DNA of 58,897 bases from a virus. Taxonomy: Duplodnaviria > Caudoviricetes. The position numbers were made by a program, and so were the translations under genes. The stretch spans positions 1 to 58,897 of IMG/VR virus record IMGVR_UViG_3300021376_000063; one strand, given 5' to 3'. Below, one piece after another: positions 45,618-55,404 of this stretch. Numbering within the stretch: the first letter of the stretch is position 1; each line of letters begins with the position of its first letter. Below the pieces are notes generated by a model. That model did not search any database and was not told the origin of the DNA. It worked only from the letters and a program-made list of their open reading frames with translations.

Positions 45618-46525
45618 TGTTACCATCAACAGGCGTCAGCACAGGGCCAAAAACACCGAAGAAGGAGCAGCTGCGATATCCGTATGAAGCTATCGGGCAA
45701 GACATGGAATATGTGTTGTTTACTTTCTATGATTATACTGCTCCTTTTAGTAAAGACGGATTTATTACGGAAGCATCGCTGGATGCTTATAACAAATCTT
45801 CTTCAGGATTAAAATCAACTGGAAAAACTGTTATAATGTATATGCCAGAAGATATTGAAGGACAATATGGTGCTAGTTGGACAGATACTAATATAAGCAC
45901 AATAGCTAGAGGAGCATTGGGAGCATTTGGAGCATTTAGTGGAAAAGATCTTGGTGGTACCCTGAACGCAACGATTGCAGCGGGTACAACAACATTTAAT
46001 AATGCCATTAATAAAGGTACTTTAGCAGCAAAAGGTATCAGTGAGTTACTTGCAAAAGCAAATTTTGGTAGTTTGTCTGTCAATGATGTCTTTGCCGCAT
46101 CAACTGGGCAAATTTTAAACCCAAACACTGAAGTGTTATATAAAGGACCAAAGATGAGAAACTTTAGTTTATCATTTAAAATGACGCCATTTAATGAGGC
46201 TGATTGTGGAAGAATCAGACAAATTATTCATGCTTTCAAATTCGCAACTCTACCATCGTACGGAGGTGCTGGTGATGAAAAAGCATCCTTCGTCACAGTG
46301 CCGCAAATTGTTGACGTTACTTTTAGAAAAGGTAATGAAGTAAGTCCATGGGTAACACAATACAAACCGTCAGTCATCACTGATTTTAATGTATCATATA
46401 CACCAGATGGTGCATGGGCTAGACTACCAAATGGAGCTCCAGTTTCAACAACAATGAGAATTTCTTTTCAAGAAACAAAAATGGTATACGCCAACGAATT
46501 ACAAGAGGGAGGACCATCATACTAA
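45617..46525 (+). CDS. gp48: Baseplate tail tube cap gp48
   Basis: LRYP, MYMPEDI, NPNTEVLYKGPKMRNFSLSFKMTP, YTPDG, FQE. Confidence 0.88.
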   Translation: MLPSTGVSTGPKTPKKEQLRYPYEAIGQDMEYVLFTFYDYTAPFSKDGFITEASLDAYNKSSSGLKSTGKTVIMYMPEDIEGQYGASWTDTNISTIARGALGAFGAFSGKDLGGTLNATIAAGTTTFNNAINKGTLAAKGISELLAKANFGSLSVNDVFAASTGQILNPNTEVLYKGPKMRNFSLSFKMTPFNEADCGRIRQIIHAFKFATLPSYGGAGDEKASFVTVPQIVDVTFRKGNEVSPWVTQYKPSVITDFNVSYTPDGAWARLPNGAPVSTTMRISFQETKMVYANELQEGGPSY

Positions 46526-47172
46526 TGTATTTCTCACTCACCCCCGACATACAATACGACGAGAAACCAATACAGTTTCCTTTCTCACAGTCAGATTATA
46601 TTGTTGCCAAAAATTTCTTTCGTCGTTTTAAAATAGACGAAGATAAATTTAGTTACTCTGTATTTTTCAATCGTTATGCCATTGTAGAAGGAGATCGTCT
46701 AGATTCTATTGCAGAAAAGGCATATGGCACTGCTCTATACGATTGGGTAATTGCTATTACTAATAATATAATCAATCCATACTTCGATATGCCGTTAGCG
46801 GAATGGCAGGTCAGAGATCTAACAGAGAATCCAGATGCCGTGCATCACTATGAGACAGTAGAGGTAAAAAATAGTGAAGGAATAGTAGTTTTAAAAGAGG
46901 GGTTAATTGTTGATCAAAAATTTACTGCTACTCCATATGTTTATCTAGATAAATCAACTCCTTCTCTCATCTATACAACCAGAGCAGGTAATTTAGTTAC
47001 AAAAACAGTGACAAATCTAGATCAAGCTATCAGAGAAAATGAATCAAGGAGAGAAATTTATCTTTTAAAACCAAGATACATTGAAGAATTTGTAAGAAAT
47101 TTTAAGGAGCAAAATTTTTACTCACGATCAACTAATTATGTTGATAGTCAATTGAAGAGAGCAGGGGTCTAA
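46525..47172 (+). CDS. gp53: Baseplate wedge subunit gp53
   Basis: MYFS..PDI.Y, KNFFRR, GDRLDSIAEKAYG..DWVI..NNI, HHYET, ENE.RR.IY.LKP. Confidence 0.88.
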   Translation: MYFSLTPDIQYDEKPIQFPFSQSDYIVAKNFFRRFKIDEDKFSYSVFFNRYAIVEGDRLDSIAEKAYGTALYDWVIAITNNIINPYFDMPLAEWQVRDLTENPDAVHHYETVEVKNSEGIVVLKEGLIVDQKFTATPYVYLDKSTPSLIYTTRAGNLVTKTVTNLDQAIRENESRREIYLLKPRYIEEFVRNFKEQNFYSRSTNYVDSQLKRAGV

Positions 47173-47184
47173 ACTTTTTTGTGC

Positions 47185-47214
47185 AAAAAAATGGGCGGAT
47201 TTTTTTTCCGCCCA
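47185..47214 (-). terminator. Intrinsic terminator between convergent gp53 and gp32
   Basis: TGGGCGGA/TCCGCCCA stem followed by T7 on the minus strand. Confidence 0.75.
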
Positions 47215-47241
47215 ACTGGTTTTTAACTATAGATTTTGGTT

Positions 47242-48156
47242 TCAGTCTTCCTCAGCAAGGCGAGCGAAGTAACTGAGAGCATCATCTTCATCCTCGTCAA
47301 CACCAGCAGCAACAGCAACCTTAGGTAAGGAAGGTTCGCGGCGCGGAGCAACAAACTCTTCTTCGTCTGCAATCTCTTCATCGAGTGTAGGACGAGCAAC
47401 TTGTGCGCGAGCAACGGAAGGAGTTTGAGTGATGCCAAGCACCAGATTCAGGCGCTCTTCCAACTCTTCATAGGTCTTAAAGTTAGGGGAAGAAACAAAC
47501 TCTTGGAGAGAATGTGATTGCCGCCAGATTTTTTCAAGCGTATCATCATCAGCAGCAAGGGCAGCAGGTGCAGCAAACTCAGACTTATCGTAATTCCAGT
47601 AACCAGCAACGTTAGTGATCTTTAGTTTGAAGTTAGCACCTTCCCACAGGTCGAAAGGATTGATAGGAGTCTCATCCTCAAACTCAGGTTGCATGGCAGC
47701 CATGATTTTATCATAGATTTTCTTACCATACTTGTAGAGAAATACTTTACCCTCATTCTCTGGGTTTGCTTTGTCGCTTACCACATAGATGTTGCTGTAG
47801 TAAGAGAGCTTGCGCTTCTGCTTGCGAGCAGTTTCTTTATCGGAATCACGCCCACTATTCCACAGGCGACGATTGACTTCGCCAACAGGATCTTTACCAC
47901 CATTCGTGGTCAGAGAATTTTCAATATACCAACCGCCTGGTCCTTGGAAGGCGTGACTATACAGTTTCACAAACGGCAGGTCTTCGCCGTCAGGGGCAGG
48001 CAAGAAACGAATAACAGCAAACCCATTGCCAGCAGCATCGACAGATGGTTTCCAGAAACGCTCATCAGCACTGGAAGAAGAGTTTGCTTTCTCTAACTCT
48101 TTAGTTAGAGATGCGAAATTATTTTGCGACTTACGCTTAAGGTCAGCAAAAGACAT
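47242..48156 (-). CDS. gp32: ssDNA-binding protein gp32
   Basis: DERFWKP..GNGFAVIRFLP..HAFQGPGGWYIENSLTT..GANFKLKI..NYDKSEF; acidic tail. Confidence 0.95.
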   Translation of the reverse strand: MSFADLKRKSQNNFASLTKELEKANSSSSADERFWKPSVDAAGNGFAVIRFLPAPDGEDLPFVKLYSHAFQGPGGWYIENSLTTNGGKDPVGEVNRRLWNSGRDSDKETARKQKRKLSYYSNIYVVSDKANPENEGKVFLYKYGKKIYDKIMAAMQPEFEDETPINPFDLWEGANFKLKITNVAGYWNYDKSEFAAPAALAADDDTLEKIWRQSHSLQEFVSSPNFKTYEELEERLNLVLGITQTPSVARAQVARPTLDEEIADEEEFVAPRREPSLPKVAVAAGVDEDEDDALSYFARLAEED

Positions 48157-48211
48157 AGGATTACCTCGGATTAAATTAGATTTGGTCTGTGTGACGCCCT
48201 ATCACTTAGTC

Positions 48212-48241
48212 ATTATAACACGGCAGAGAGGGGGGCGTCAA
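48212..48241 (-). promoter_or_regulatory. sigma70-like promoter for gp32
   Basis: TTGACG-18 bp-TATAAT with TGT extended -10. Confidence 0.7.
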
Positions 48242-48585
48242 CCCTCGTCTGCCTCTATCTCTGCTTGAAACTGGTCAAGCTTGTTAAGCATACCGCGCAT
48301 CAGCGAGAGCACGTCTTGTGTCTCCCACCAACCGTAGAGCATCTTAGCACCCTGCTCAATCTGCTCACACATCTCAACCGCTCTGGGATCGTCTGATAGT
48401 TTCAGACGAGTATAGAAGATCTGTTGTTTCTCTACCAGTGACCTTACGGTGTGGATGTATTCAAGTTGATCTTCCTTACTACCCTGCATAGGACCAGCAA
48501 GTGTGAGCTCCATCGCTTTCATTTGAAGACGCTCCATTTCTTTCGCTTCTTCTCTTACAATATCGGAATCAAAAAAGTCGGTCAT
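48238..48585 (-). CDS. DUF1825-like protein
   Basis: FFDSDIVREE..L.EKQQIFYTRLKLSDDP.A. Confidence 0.75.
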   Translation of the reverse strand: MTDFFDSDIVREEAKEMERLQMKAMELTLAGPMQGSKEDQLEYIHTVRSLVEKQQIFYTRLKLSDDPRAVEMCEQIEQGAKMLYGWWETQDVLSLMRGMLNKLDQFQAEIEADEG

Positions 48586-48833
48586 ATTAACATTAGTTTA
48601 GCGCGGGATGTTTTCTTGATGAAATTTAATTGTTGAGCATCAAACTTTAGTTTTTCTTTTAGAGGTTTGGTAATGAGTTTTGATACCGTTTCCACCTCAA
48701 TATTATTTACATCACAATAGTGTAGAATAGCATCAATATAATTCATATCATTATGTGATGCAATCTTCTCCACATCCTGTGAGAATTTTGCACTAGTCAT
48801 AAACTTATCCTCTAATATTTCTCCTTTATTCAT
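48582..48833 (-). CDS. gp33: Late transcription coactivator gp33
   Basis: F...VEK....MNYIDAI.HYC..NNIEVETV.KLI.KPLKEKLK.DA..LNF.K. Confidence 0.9.
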   Translation of the reverse strand: MNKGEILEDKFMTSAKFSQDVEKIASHNDMNYIDAILHYCDVNNIEVETVSKLITKPLKEKLKFDAQQLNFIKKTSRAKLMLI

Positions 48834-49497
48834 AGGTTTTTTTATACAGATCTATGTACTGAATTAATTTTAGAAGGTATTCCTTCTTTGGTGTTTCTAC
48901 AAACACTTGAGTGTCTCCGCTTTCACAAGCGATGATGGTAACAATTTTATTAACTTTTAATTTGTATCTTTCATACAGCATACATGCATATGCTGTTTCC
49001 TGAATAAGATAATCTTCAATCCACTCTAGCTTTTTTTCTTCAGCAGATGTCTTGAAGTCGATGATAGATAACTCTCCATCAAACTCTGCAATACAATCTA
49101 CGCGCCCTGCAATTTCCAACTCGTCTGAGTATAGTGCCGCTTCTTGTGCGTAGATATTATTGATTCTGTTTAAGGTTGGTATAGCATTCTTAAACATCAT
49201 CAAGGGCAGATACTTGTCCTTGAATTTATTTTCATCGTATGTATTATTTAGGTAGTCTTCACACATAAGGTGAAACGATGTGCCACGATTAGCAGCACGA
49301 TTAGAGATACGATTTGCTTTTTCTTCTCCTACTTTATTTCTCCACCTCATTATACCAGCTTTCTTCTCTGGATTGCAAGAGAGCACAGTAGTAATCGATG
49401 GGTACTTACCGCCCGATGGCACAGGATAAACTCTGCGACCATCTACAGTTTCAGCAATCAATTCGATTGGGTCTAAAGGAGCATGACAAAAAAGCAT
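48826..49497 (-). CDS. PD-(D/E)XK exonuclease (RecB/Cas4-like fold)
   Basis: YPSITTVL, RGT.FH, AGRVDCIAEFDGELSIIDFKTS, Q..AYA. Confidence 0.85.
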   Translation of the reverse strand: MLFCHAPLDPIELIAETVDGRRVYPVPSGGKYPSITTVLSCNPEKKAGIMRWRNKVGEEKANRISNRAANRGTSFHLMCEDYLNNTYDENKFKDKYLPLMMFKNAIPTLNRINNIYAQEAALYSDELEIAGRVDCIAEFDGELSIIDFKTSAEEKKLEWIEDYLIQETAYACMLYERYKLKVNKIVTIIACESGDTQVFVETPKKEYLLKLIQYIDLYKKTYE

Positions 49498-49498
49498 T

Positions 49499-50257
49499 TT
49501 ATAGTCCTAGATTTGTTTTACTAATGAGATAACTACGGACTAATCCGCTACGTACGATGTCTTCGATTTGAAATTCAATTGTTGAAAACTCTTCCATGGT
49601 CTCAATGATACGCATGAAGTCAATGATACCATTGCGCTCATGAGTTTTAATAAGGTCTGACTGTCTAACATCACCCGAGAAGATAATCTTAGAGTCTTGT
49701 CCTACACGAGTGATGATTGAATCAAGCTCATGGAAGTTTAGATTCTGCATCTCATCAATCAGAATAATGCAGTTGTCTAGTGTGGTGCCACGAATAAAAG
49801 ATGTACTCCAGAAAGAAATAGTTTCCTGTGCTTTGAGATTATAATATAGTTTATCAAACTCATCATCACTTGGCATCTCAAACATATATTTTACCATATT
49901 TTTATATGGAATTTGATATAGAGATGACTTATCTTCGTGGTCTCCTGGAAGAAAACCAATCTCGCGTGTCGCTACTAGTGAGCGAACGATATAGATTTTC
50001 TCATAAGGAGTATTCTCATTGAGAACGTCTTTAAGTGCGAGATATAATGCGATGAATGTTTTACCAGTGCCAGCGCAACCATATCCAAACATATTTTTGC
50101 CCTTTGCATACTCTTCAAAAAATCTTTTTTGATTCTCTGTAAGAGGCTCAATCTCTGTAAGCAATTCAGAATTGACAGGCTTCTTTCGTTTCATTTGCTT
50201 CAAACTCATACCAGACGGAACAACAGCACCATTTTTCTTTCTAGTTTTTATAGGCAT
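49499..50257 (-). CDS. phoH: PhoH-like ATPase
   Basis: GCAGTGKT Walker A, IGFLPGD, FIRGTT, DEMQN, GD..QSDL, DIVRSG. Confidence 0.92.
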   Translation of the reverse strand: MPIKTRKKNGAVVPSGMSLKQMKRKKPVNSELLTEIEPLTENQKRFFEEYAKGKNMFGYGCAGTGKTFIALYLALKDVLNENTPYEKIYIVRSLVATREIGFLPGDHEDKSSLYQIPYKNMVKYMFEMPSDDEFDKLYYNLKAQETISFWSTSFIRGTTLDNCIILIDEMQNLNFHELDSIITRVGQDSKIIFSGDVRQSDLIKTHERNGIIDFMRIIETMEEFSTIEFQIEDIVRSGLVRSYLISKTNLGL

Positions 50258-50260
50258 AAT

Positions 50261-50491
50261 TTATAGTCTCTCTACATTCGATCCAGGTACGTTGGCAGCG
50301 CGGTTGATAATCGATTTCCAATCACTTGATGATTTGTTTTGCCAGTTTCCTATTTCAGAAACTGAATGCAGAAGGGTTGGCATCTGAGTGATGTGAGGAT
50401 TAGCAGCAAGATAAGGCTCTCTATCTGCCATATACATCCACTTTTCAAACTCTTCACCTGTATTATTATCTTTGAATTTGTAAGTTGGCAT
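50261..50491 (-). CDS. Small conserved phage protein (FmdB-like N-terminus)
   Basis: MPTYKFKDNNTGEEFE..NPHI; start reassigned to 50491. Confidence 0.7.
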   Translation of the reverse strand: MPTYKFKDNNTGEEFEKWMYMADREPYLAANPHITQMPTLLHSVSEIGNWQNKSSSDWKSIINRAANVPGSNVERL

Positions 50492-51029
50492 CTTTAATAA
50501 ACCATGTAGGAATCGTGGCAGGAGACTTCCATTTTGCAAACGCAACTTTGTCTCCAATATAATAGTTGCGGTATGACTGGATGCTATCTCCAGGTATTTT
50601 ATATTTATCTGGCATTGCAGGAGGGGGGTCAACCCAACCAGCATCTTTAATATTGAATGGTGGCACCCAAAGATAACTAACCAAACTCTCAGTGCTGTGG
50701 TAGTTTCCATAGCGTCGTGTATATTCTACACAACAATGCTGAAACAAATCAAACAGCCACCTGTAATGTGATACTGATTCTCTTACCCACTTTGCCGATG
50801 GATGATTAACATGACATGCTTTGTATAGAATATCTTCGCGTGGTTTGTCAAGTCGCCAGCGTTTAATATTACGATTCTTATTTGTTTTACCAGTATAAGG
50901 AATGCCGTCAAGCACACGATGAGCAGTAGACATGAGTTGAGCATACTCAACAATCATTTTTACTACATGCTTATCACAATGCTCGGCGGCACAAGTGCGT
51001 GGGTCGTAACTTAAATAGAAAATATTCAT
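50466..51029 (-). CDS. Pyrimidine-dimer DNA glycosylase-like protein
   Basis: MNIFYL..HCDKHVVKMIVEYAQL.STAH..H.NHP..W..EYTRRYG..H..AMPD..YR.YY. Confidence 0.8.
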   Translation of the reverse strand: MNIFYLSYDPRTCAAEHCDKHVVKMIVEYAQLMSTAHRVLDGIPYTGKTNKNRNIKRWRLDKPREDILYKACHVNHPSAKWVRESVSHYRWLFDLFQHCCVEYTRRYGNYHSTESLVSYLWVPPFNIKDAGWVDPPPAMPDKYKIPGDSIQSYRNYYIGDKVAFAKWKSPATIPTWFIKDANLQIQR

Positions 51030-51047
51030 AGGAAAACAAAATTCATA

Positions 51048-51338
51048 TTACTCTCTCACTCTAACTCTCCACATTTCAACTACCTCATCAAAAACTCCAC
51101 CCTGACAAGTTTCCATCCACCCAGCATGATCTGGATGATAAAATGCCACTTTAGCTAATTCTTTTTCAGTATCAACTTCAAGTATAGCACAAGGAATCCA
51201 CCCTTTATCTACAGAAATTAAAACCTCATATGGAAATTTAATTTTATTTCTTTGCTCTTCGGAAATTTTTGCTACGGAGGTAGTTAATTCATTAAATTGA
51301 TTATGCAATTTAGAAAGATCTGGTTTGTTATTATTCAT
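51048..51338 (-). CDS. Hypothetical protein
   Basis: 96-aa ORF. Confidence 0.65.
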   Translation of the reverse strand: MNNNKPDLSKLHNQFNELTTSVAKISEEQRNKIKFPYEVLISVDKGWIPCAILEVDTEKELAKVAFYHPDHAGWMETCQGGVFDEVVEMWRVRVRE

Positions 51339-51972
51339 TGGTCCAACCTAATGCTTCTGATACTACTGGAAATTGTTGTTTAAATACCTCACGACATGCT
51401 TCAGCAATTTGCATATGCTCTTTTTGAGTGCCATGAGCAGAGCGAAGGTTGATGTAGTGTGTCCATGATCTTACCGAACCTGTCATATAGATACGTGTTG
51501 GTGTTGCCAAAGGTAATACAAACCTTGCACACTCCTTTGCTACTCCTTGTGATAAAAGAAAATTGTAGACATCTTGGGCATCTCTAAAAAGGTCTTGAAT
51601 CATTTTATTCATAACAAATACTTTTTCTTCTTCAAGATCATCTGTAGAATTCTGACGATTCTTTTCATCTTGACGACGTAATTCTGGAATAGGAATGTCT
51701 GATGCTAACAAATTGGTATCAGCATAGCGTTGTGAAAACTCTTGAAATGTAAATGATCTGTGACGCAAGATTTGTGCTGCAATACCACGAGAGGTTTCAA
51801 TCTCAAGGGTCATATGAGCTTGCTCAAAAACAGACCAATGATTATGCTTAATACAATAAGCAAGCAACTTGGCATAGTTTTCGTTGTCTTGATTCGCAGG
51901 GTTGCTAACTCTAGCAACATATGCCATTGTTTTTTCTGCATCGGGAGTCACTGATACTAAAGATACATTCAT
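51331..51972 (-). CDS. thyX: FAD-dependent thymidylate synthase
   Basis: H.SVFE, QILRHRSFTFQEFSQRY, KECARFVLP, TQKEH. Confidence 0.95.
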   Translation of the reverse strand: MNVSLVSVTPDAEKTMAYVARVSNPANQDNENYAKLLAYCIKHNHWSVFEQAHMTLEIETSRGIAAQILRHRSFTFQEFSQRYADTNLLASDIPIPELRRQDEKNRQNSTDDLEEEKVFVMNKMIQDLFRDAQDVYNFLLSQGVAKECARFVLPLATPTRIYMTGSVRSWTHYINLRSAHGTQKEHMQIAEACREVFKQQFPVVSEALGWTNE

Positions 51973-51974
51973 AA

Positions 51975-52334
51975 TTAAGATTCTAGACGACGGATTTCTG
52001 ACAGGTTACTACGAAGATACTTTTTATATTTTTTTATAAGTTTATTAATTTCATCTTTTTTAAAGTTTGCCATCACAGAAGGTGTTGATGATTCAGAAAA
52101 TGATTCATCTGAATCCTCTGAGTCTAGATTTTCTGAAGCATCTTGCCATTCAGAAGGATATGGAGGAATCATTTGTTTTATTTCTTCCCGCCTTGCTTCA
52201 ATTTCTTTGAGTCCTTCTTCAGAAACATTTTCAACAAGTTGCGGATCAGGAATAATTACTCCACTATCATCAACAGTTTCTACAGGAGTGAGCGGTACTT
52301 CTTGTGAAGATACATCTACAATTTCTTCGGACAT
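51975..52334 (-). CDS. Hypothetical acidic protein with basic tail
   Basis: 119-aa ORF. Confidence 0.65.
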   Translation of the reverse strand: MSEEIVDVSSQEVPLTPVETVDDSGVIIPDPQLVENVSEEGLKEIEARREEIKQMIPPYPSEWQDASENLDSEDSDESFSESSTPSVMANFKKDEINKLIKKYKKYLRSNLSEIRRLES

Positions 52335-52382
52335 TTTTACCTCAATATTATGAATTTAGTTTAGCAGAATTATTTAATCATG

Positions 52383-52775
52383 TCAACTAACACTAATAGT
52401 AGCAGTAACCGTAATACTATCTCCATTGTTAGCAATATTAAATGGACCAGAAGTAAATTTCTCAGAAGCAATTAACTTATTGCTGGTAGCACCAACTAAA
52501 TAATACCCATAAATTTGACCAATACTAGATGTGAAGGTAAACAATTGCGGATTGCTTGATGCAACTTTACCAGTAACTGTCCAATTGGAAGCATCTAAAG
52601 GTTTCTCAGCATAACCGCCACCAGTTACTTCAGTAAAATCTCCAACTACTGTGAGGGGAGTGGGACTAACGTTATTACTATATAATTTTAATTTTAAAGT
52701 TTCAGTTGTTGTTGAAATACCCAGAGAATATTTTAAAATATTTTCACCTCCTTCGTTACTAATTATAATAGGCAT
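52383..52775 (-). CDS. Small beta-rich putative virion protein
   Basis: LKLYSNN..FTEVTGGGYA..IYGYY..NGDSITVT. Confidence 0.55.
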   Translation of the reverse strand: MPIIISNEGGENILKYSLGISTTTETLKLKLYSNNVSPTPLTVVGDFTEVTGGGYAEKPLDASNWTVTGKVASSNPQLFTFTSSIGQIYGYYLVGATSNKLIASEKFTSGPFNIANNGDSITVTATISVS

Positions 52776-52777
52776 CT

Positions 52778-53038
52778 TTACCTCCTTTTCTTTTCTTCTT
52801 TTGGTTTATTGTCCCAAAGTTTTGGATTGACCCGCCCTTCAGTTTGCTTAAACTTGATAAGTCTTTCTCTATATCTATCCCAATAGTAATCAAAAATATC
52901 CGCTTGTTTATTTGAAATTACTATATCATAACAGTATACTTCGTCATCAATATACTTCACAATATATGCGTTATAAGGAAGAGTTCTATCTTCTGCTAAT
53001 GCTGGATCACAATTTTGATGTAGGATTTTGATATTCAA
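52778..53038 (-). CDS. Hypothetical cyanophage protein
   Basis: CDP..A.DR.LP..AY.V.Y..DIFD.YWDRY..GRVNPKLW. Confidence 0.75.
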   Translation of the reverse strand: MNIKILHQNCDPALAEDRTLPYNAYIVKYIDDEVYCYDIVISNKQADIFDYYWDRYRERLIKFKQTEGRVNPKLWDNKPKEEKKRR

Positions 53039-53469
53039 GAACGATTACCCCATTGAATATTAGGGAATGTTTCTTGAACTAGTGTCTTTGAAATACGAGT
53101 GTATTTTTTTTGCAGTGCTTTATCTTTTACTGCACACAATACTTCTGCTTCTTCAGCATGAAGAGTTTCAAGTAATCCAATAAAAATTTCTTCACGTTTC
53201 ATGTTGCTAACATTCATGCCACCCTTTACAAAGTAAGCAAACTTACGTTGCTCATTCTCAAGGTAGGTATGATCAAGACCTTTTGCTGCAGGATTTTTTC
53301 GATACGGCACATCACCTTCAGGAAGAAGTGTAACCACACTATCATCATAATTCCAAATAAAAAGACTGCGAAGAGCTTGTGAATTATTCTCTTGCAGGAT
53401 CTTACTTTTCTCTGCTTTAGTCTTAGCGTTATTTACTTTCTGTAGAATTTCCGAAATTAAAAGTTTCAT
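53035..53469 (-). CDS. Conserved T4-like protein (DUF6433-like)
   Basis: LLISEIL..LPEG.VPY..KRE..FI.LLE.LH.EEAE. Confidence 0.7.
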   Translation of the reverse strand: MKLLISEILQKVNNAKTKAEKSKILQENNSQALRSLFIWNYDDSVVTLLPEGDVPYRKNPAAKGLDHTYLENEQRKFAYFVKGGMNVSNMKREEIFIGLLETLHAEEAEVLCAVKDKALQKKYTRISKTLVQETFPNIQWGNRS

Positions 53470-53470
53470 A

Positions 53471-54373
53471 TCAGTTACTATTAAAGGTCAATGTATTCTT
53501 GCGGAAATAATATTCCTGCATCAAATCATTAAGTTGGTGCTCTTTAAAATATTCAAGAGGCACTTGCTTGTCTTGATTATTTAGTGATAGATATTGATCG
53601 AGAATTTTGTTTTCAATATCATTAGGAATACATGTAAGGTCAATTAAATTTCTATTTCTTTCATAGTTATTCATCAACTCTTTTGTATTACAGAAAACAG
53701 ATGGGTCTATCTTCACCCACTTTTCTAAGTTTTTCTTACTTATAGGTTTCTGTCTTTTGTTTACCACAAACGTATCGTCGTCAGATAAGAAATTAGGTAT
53801 GCCATCTGACTTATCTCCTCTAAGGATATGTTCGAGAATGTATTCTTTGGGGTTGTCATGTTTAATTTCTTTTTTCAAAATAGGATTAAATTGTTTTACA
53901 AACGGATACCGTTGTAATTGAATGAAGTCTTTATCCCCAGATAAAATCAAAACTTTCTCAAGAGATTGCCCTGTTTTGTGTAGTTTAATATTGTTTTTTG
54001 CCTGGTGTTTTACCAGTGAAGAGATAACATCATCTGCTTCTGCACCATATACTTCCACTACTTTGTATGGAAAGTATTGTTTGATCTCATCCCGAATTTT
54101 ATTCAGGACTTCAAAGATGGCATTCCAATCTAATTCAGATGCTTCTCGATCTCTCTTTCTATTCTGTTTATAATGAGGAAATGCTTCTTTACGCCAGTAA
54201 TGTTTACTGTCATATGCTAAGACCATTTCCCCGTATTGATCTTTGTATTGTTTTTCATAAGAGCGTAACCCAGTAAGCACCATATGCCTAACTAGATTCT
54301 CATTCAATACACTCATCTTTAATTGCATCATCAAATTACTAATCATAATCTGATTCATATCGATTAGAATCAT
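53471..54373 (-). CDS. rnh: T4-type RNase H / 5'-3' exonuclease
   Basis: MILIDMNQ, YWRK..FP.YK..RK, EADD, ILSGDKDF.QL, GD.SDGIPN. Confidence 0.92.
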   Translation of the reverse strand: MILIDMNQIMISNLMMQLKMSVLNENLVRHMVLTGLRSYEKQYKDQYGEMVLAYDSKHYWRKEAFPHYKQNRKRDREASELDWNAIFEVLNKIRDEIKQYFPYKVVEVYGAEADDVISSLVKHQAKNNIKLHKTGQSLEKVLILSGDKDFIQLQRYPFVKQFNPILKKEIKHDNPKEYILEHILRGDKSDGIPNFLSDDDTFVVNKRQKPISKKNLEKWVKIDPSVFCNTKELMNNYERNRNLIDLTCIPNDIENKILDQYLSLNNQDKQVPLEYFKEHQLNDLMQEYYFRKNTLTFNSN

Positions 54374-54610
54374 TTAGTCCTCGTCGTCATACTCTTCATC
54401 GTCTACAAATGTGACTCTCAATAGGTCATCTCTATACATTTCACCATTTTCATCAAACATTTCTGGATGTAAAACGTGCTTGGCATAACCAGCATTCTCG
54501 TACCACATATCAAAAATGTCTTTGAGATTCCATACTAATACACCCCCTAGGATAAAGGCACCAACAGTAAGGAAAAAAGCAATGAACAAAAACGGTGCTG
54601 TTGCTTCCAT
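54374..54610 (-). CDS. Small membrane-anchored protein
   Basis: N-terminal TM helix, HPEMFDENG motif, acidic tail. Confidence 0.7.
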   Translation of the reverse strand: MEATAPFLFIAFFLTVGAFILGGVLVWNLKDIFDMWYENAGYAKHVLHPEMFDENGEMYRDDLLRVTFVDDEEYDDED

Positions 54611-54643
54611 GATTCTACTCCTTTAAATTGATTCTGTCAATCC

Positions 54644-54751
54644 TCAGAGACTCTCTAGAGTTATCCTGAATGTCTTACGGAGGATTGTAAAAGTTTTACT
54701 AAAGATAATACCAGTCTTGTCTGGCAAATTTGTCTCCTTCCTCCGAAGCAT
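54644..54751 (-). CDS. Very small basic hypothetical protein
   Basis: MLRRKE..FSKTFTILRKTFRITLESL; start uncertain. Confidence 0.4.
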   Translation of the reverse strand: MLRRKETNLPDKTGIIFSKTFTILRKTFRITLESL

Positions 54752-54764
54752 TAACTCCACACCC

Positions 54765-55151
54765 TTATTTATTTGCAGCGGCAACTGATTTTTTTTTATT
54801 TTTGCTTCCTGGTTTTCTCCCAGGTCTTCTTTCGTAGTCATACTTCTCCGCATCTTCAATTATTTTCACCAAGTATTCTTTATATTTTCTTGCTCGTGGT
54901 TTTCCCATCCATCCATAAACCTCTCTTAAGTCAGCAACATCTGGACCACCATCAAGATACAAATCAAGATGAGAAATTTCATCTTTTATTTGAGAAACTA
55001 ATGAGCTATTTAAAAATGATAAAATTTCTGGTCTCTTAATATCTTCAGACTTAAGAAAACTGTAAAAATTTAATTGATATTTTTGAGAAGTAACTGCTAG
55101 ATCTATTGCTGTGTTAACAATATTATAAATTTCATCATTTACTTTTGCCAT
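54765..55151 (-). CDS. Hypothetical cyanophage protein
   Basis: YL.GG....LREVYG...KP.ARK...YL..I..DA..Y...RRPGRK. Confidence 0.75.
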   Translation of the reverse strand: MAKVNDEIYNIVNTAIDLAVTSQKYQLNFYSFLKSEDIKRPEILSFLNSSLVSQIKDEISHLDLYLDGGPDVADLREVYGWMGKPRARKYKEYLVKIIEDAEKYDYERRPGRKPGSKNKKKSVAAANK

Positions 55152-55152
55152 A

Positions 55153-55404
55153 TTATTTTTTGGGTGGGTCAACTAATCCTTTTTCTAAAAATAGTTTAGC
55201 AGTCTCTACGAGACCACCGATCTCTTCTCCATTTATAATTACATAAGGATATCCATTAGCTTTTGGAAACTTTTGCTGAAACAATTGAAAATTAATGTCT
55301 CTTCCAACTGTTACTTCTGTATAATTAACCAATGCTCTCTTAAAAAGTTTTTTAAGTGTGGTGCAATGACTGCATCCTGGGTTTGTATAAGCAACAATTT
55401 CCAT
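55153..55404 (-). CDS. Glutaredoxin
   Basis: YTNPGCSHC CxxC, YPYV, IGG. Confidence 0.88.
   Translation of the reverse strand: MEIVAYTNPGCSHCTTLKKLFKRALVNYTEVTVGRDINFQLFQQKFPKANGYPYVIINGEEIGGLVETAKLFLEKGLVDPPKK

Noticed and set aside
47223-47438. 71-aa alternative-frame ORF with an apparent hydrophobic stretch
   Set aside because: Off-frame reading of the Ala/Val-rich gp32 C-terminus; no independent start signal
48826-49497. Cas4-like nuclease as a sign of CRISPR-Cas
   Set aside because: No array or other cas genes; this exonuclease normally lies next to phoH and gp33 in T4-like cyanophages
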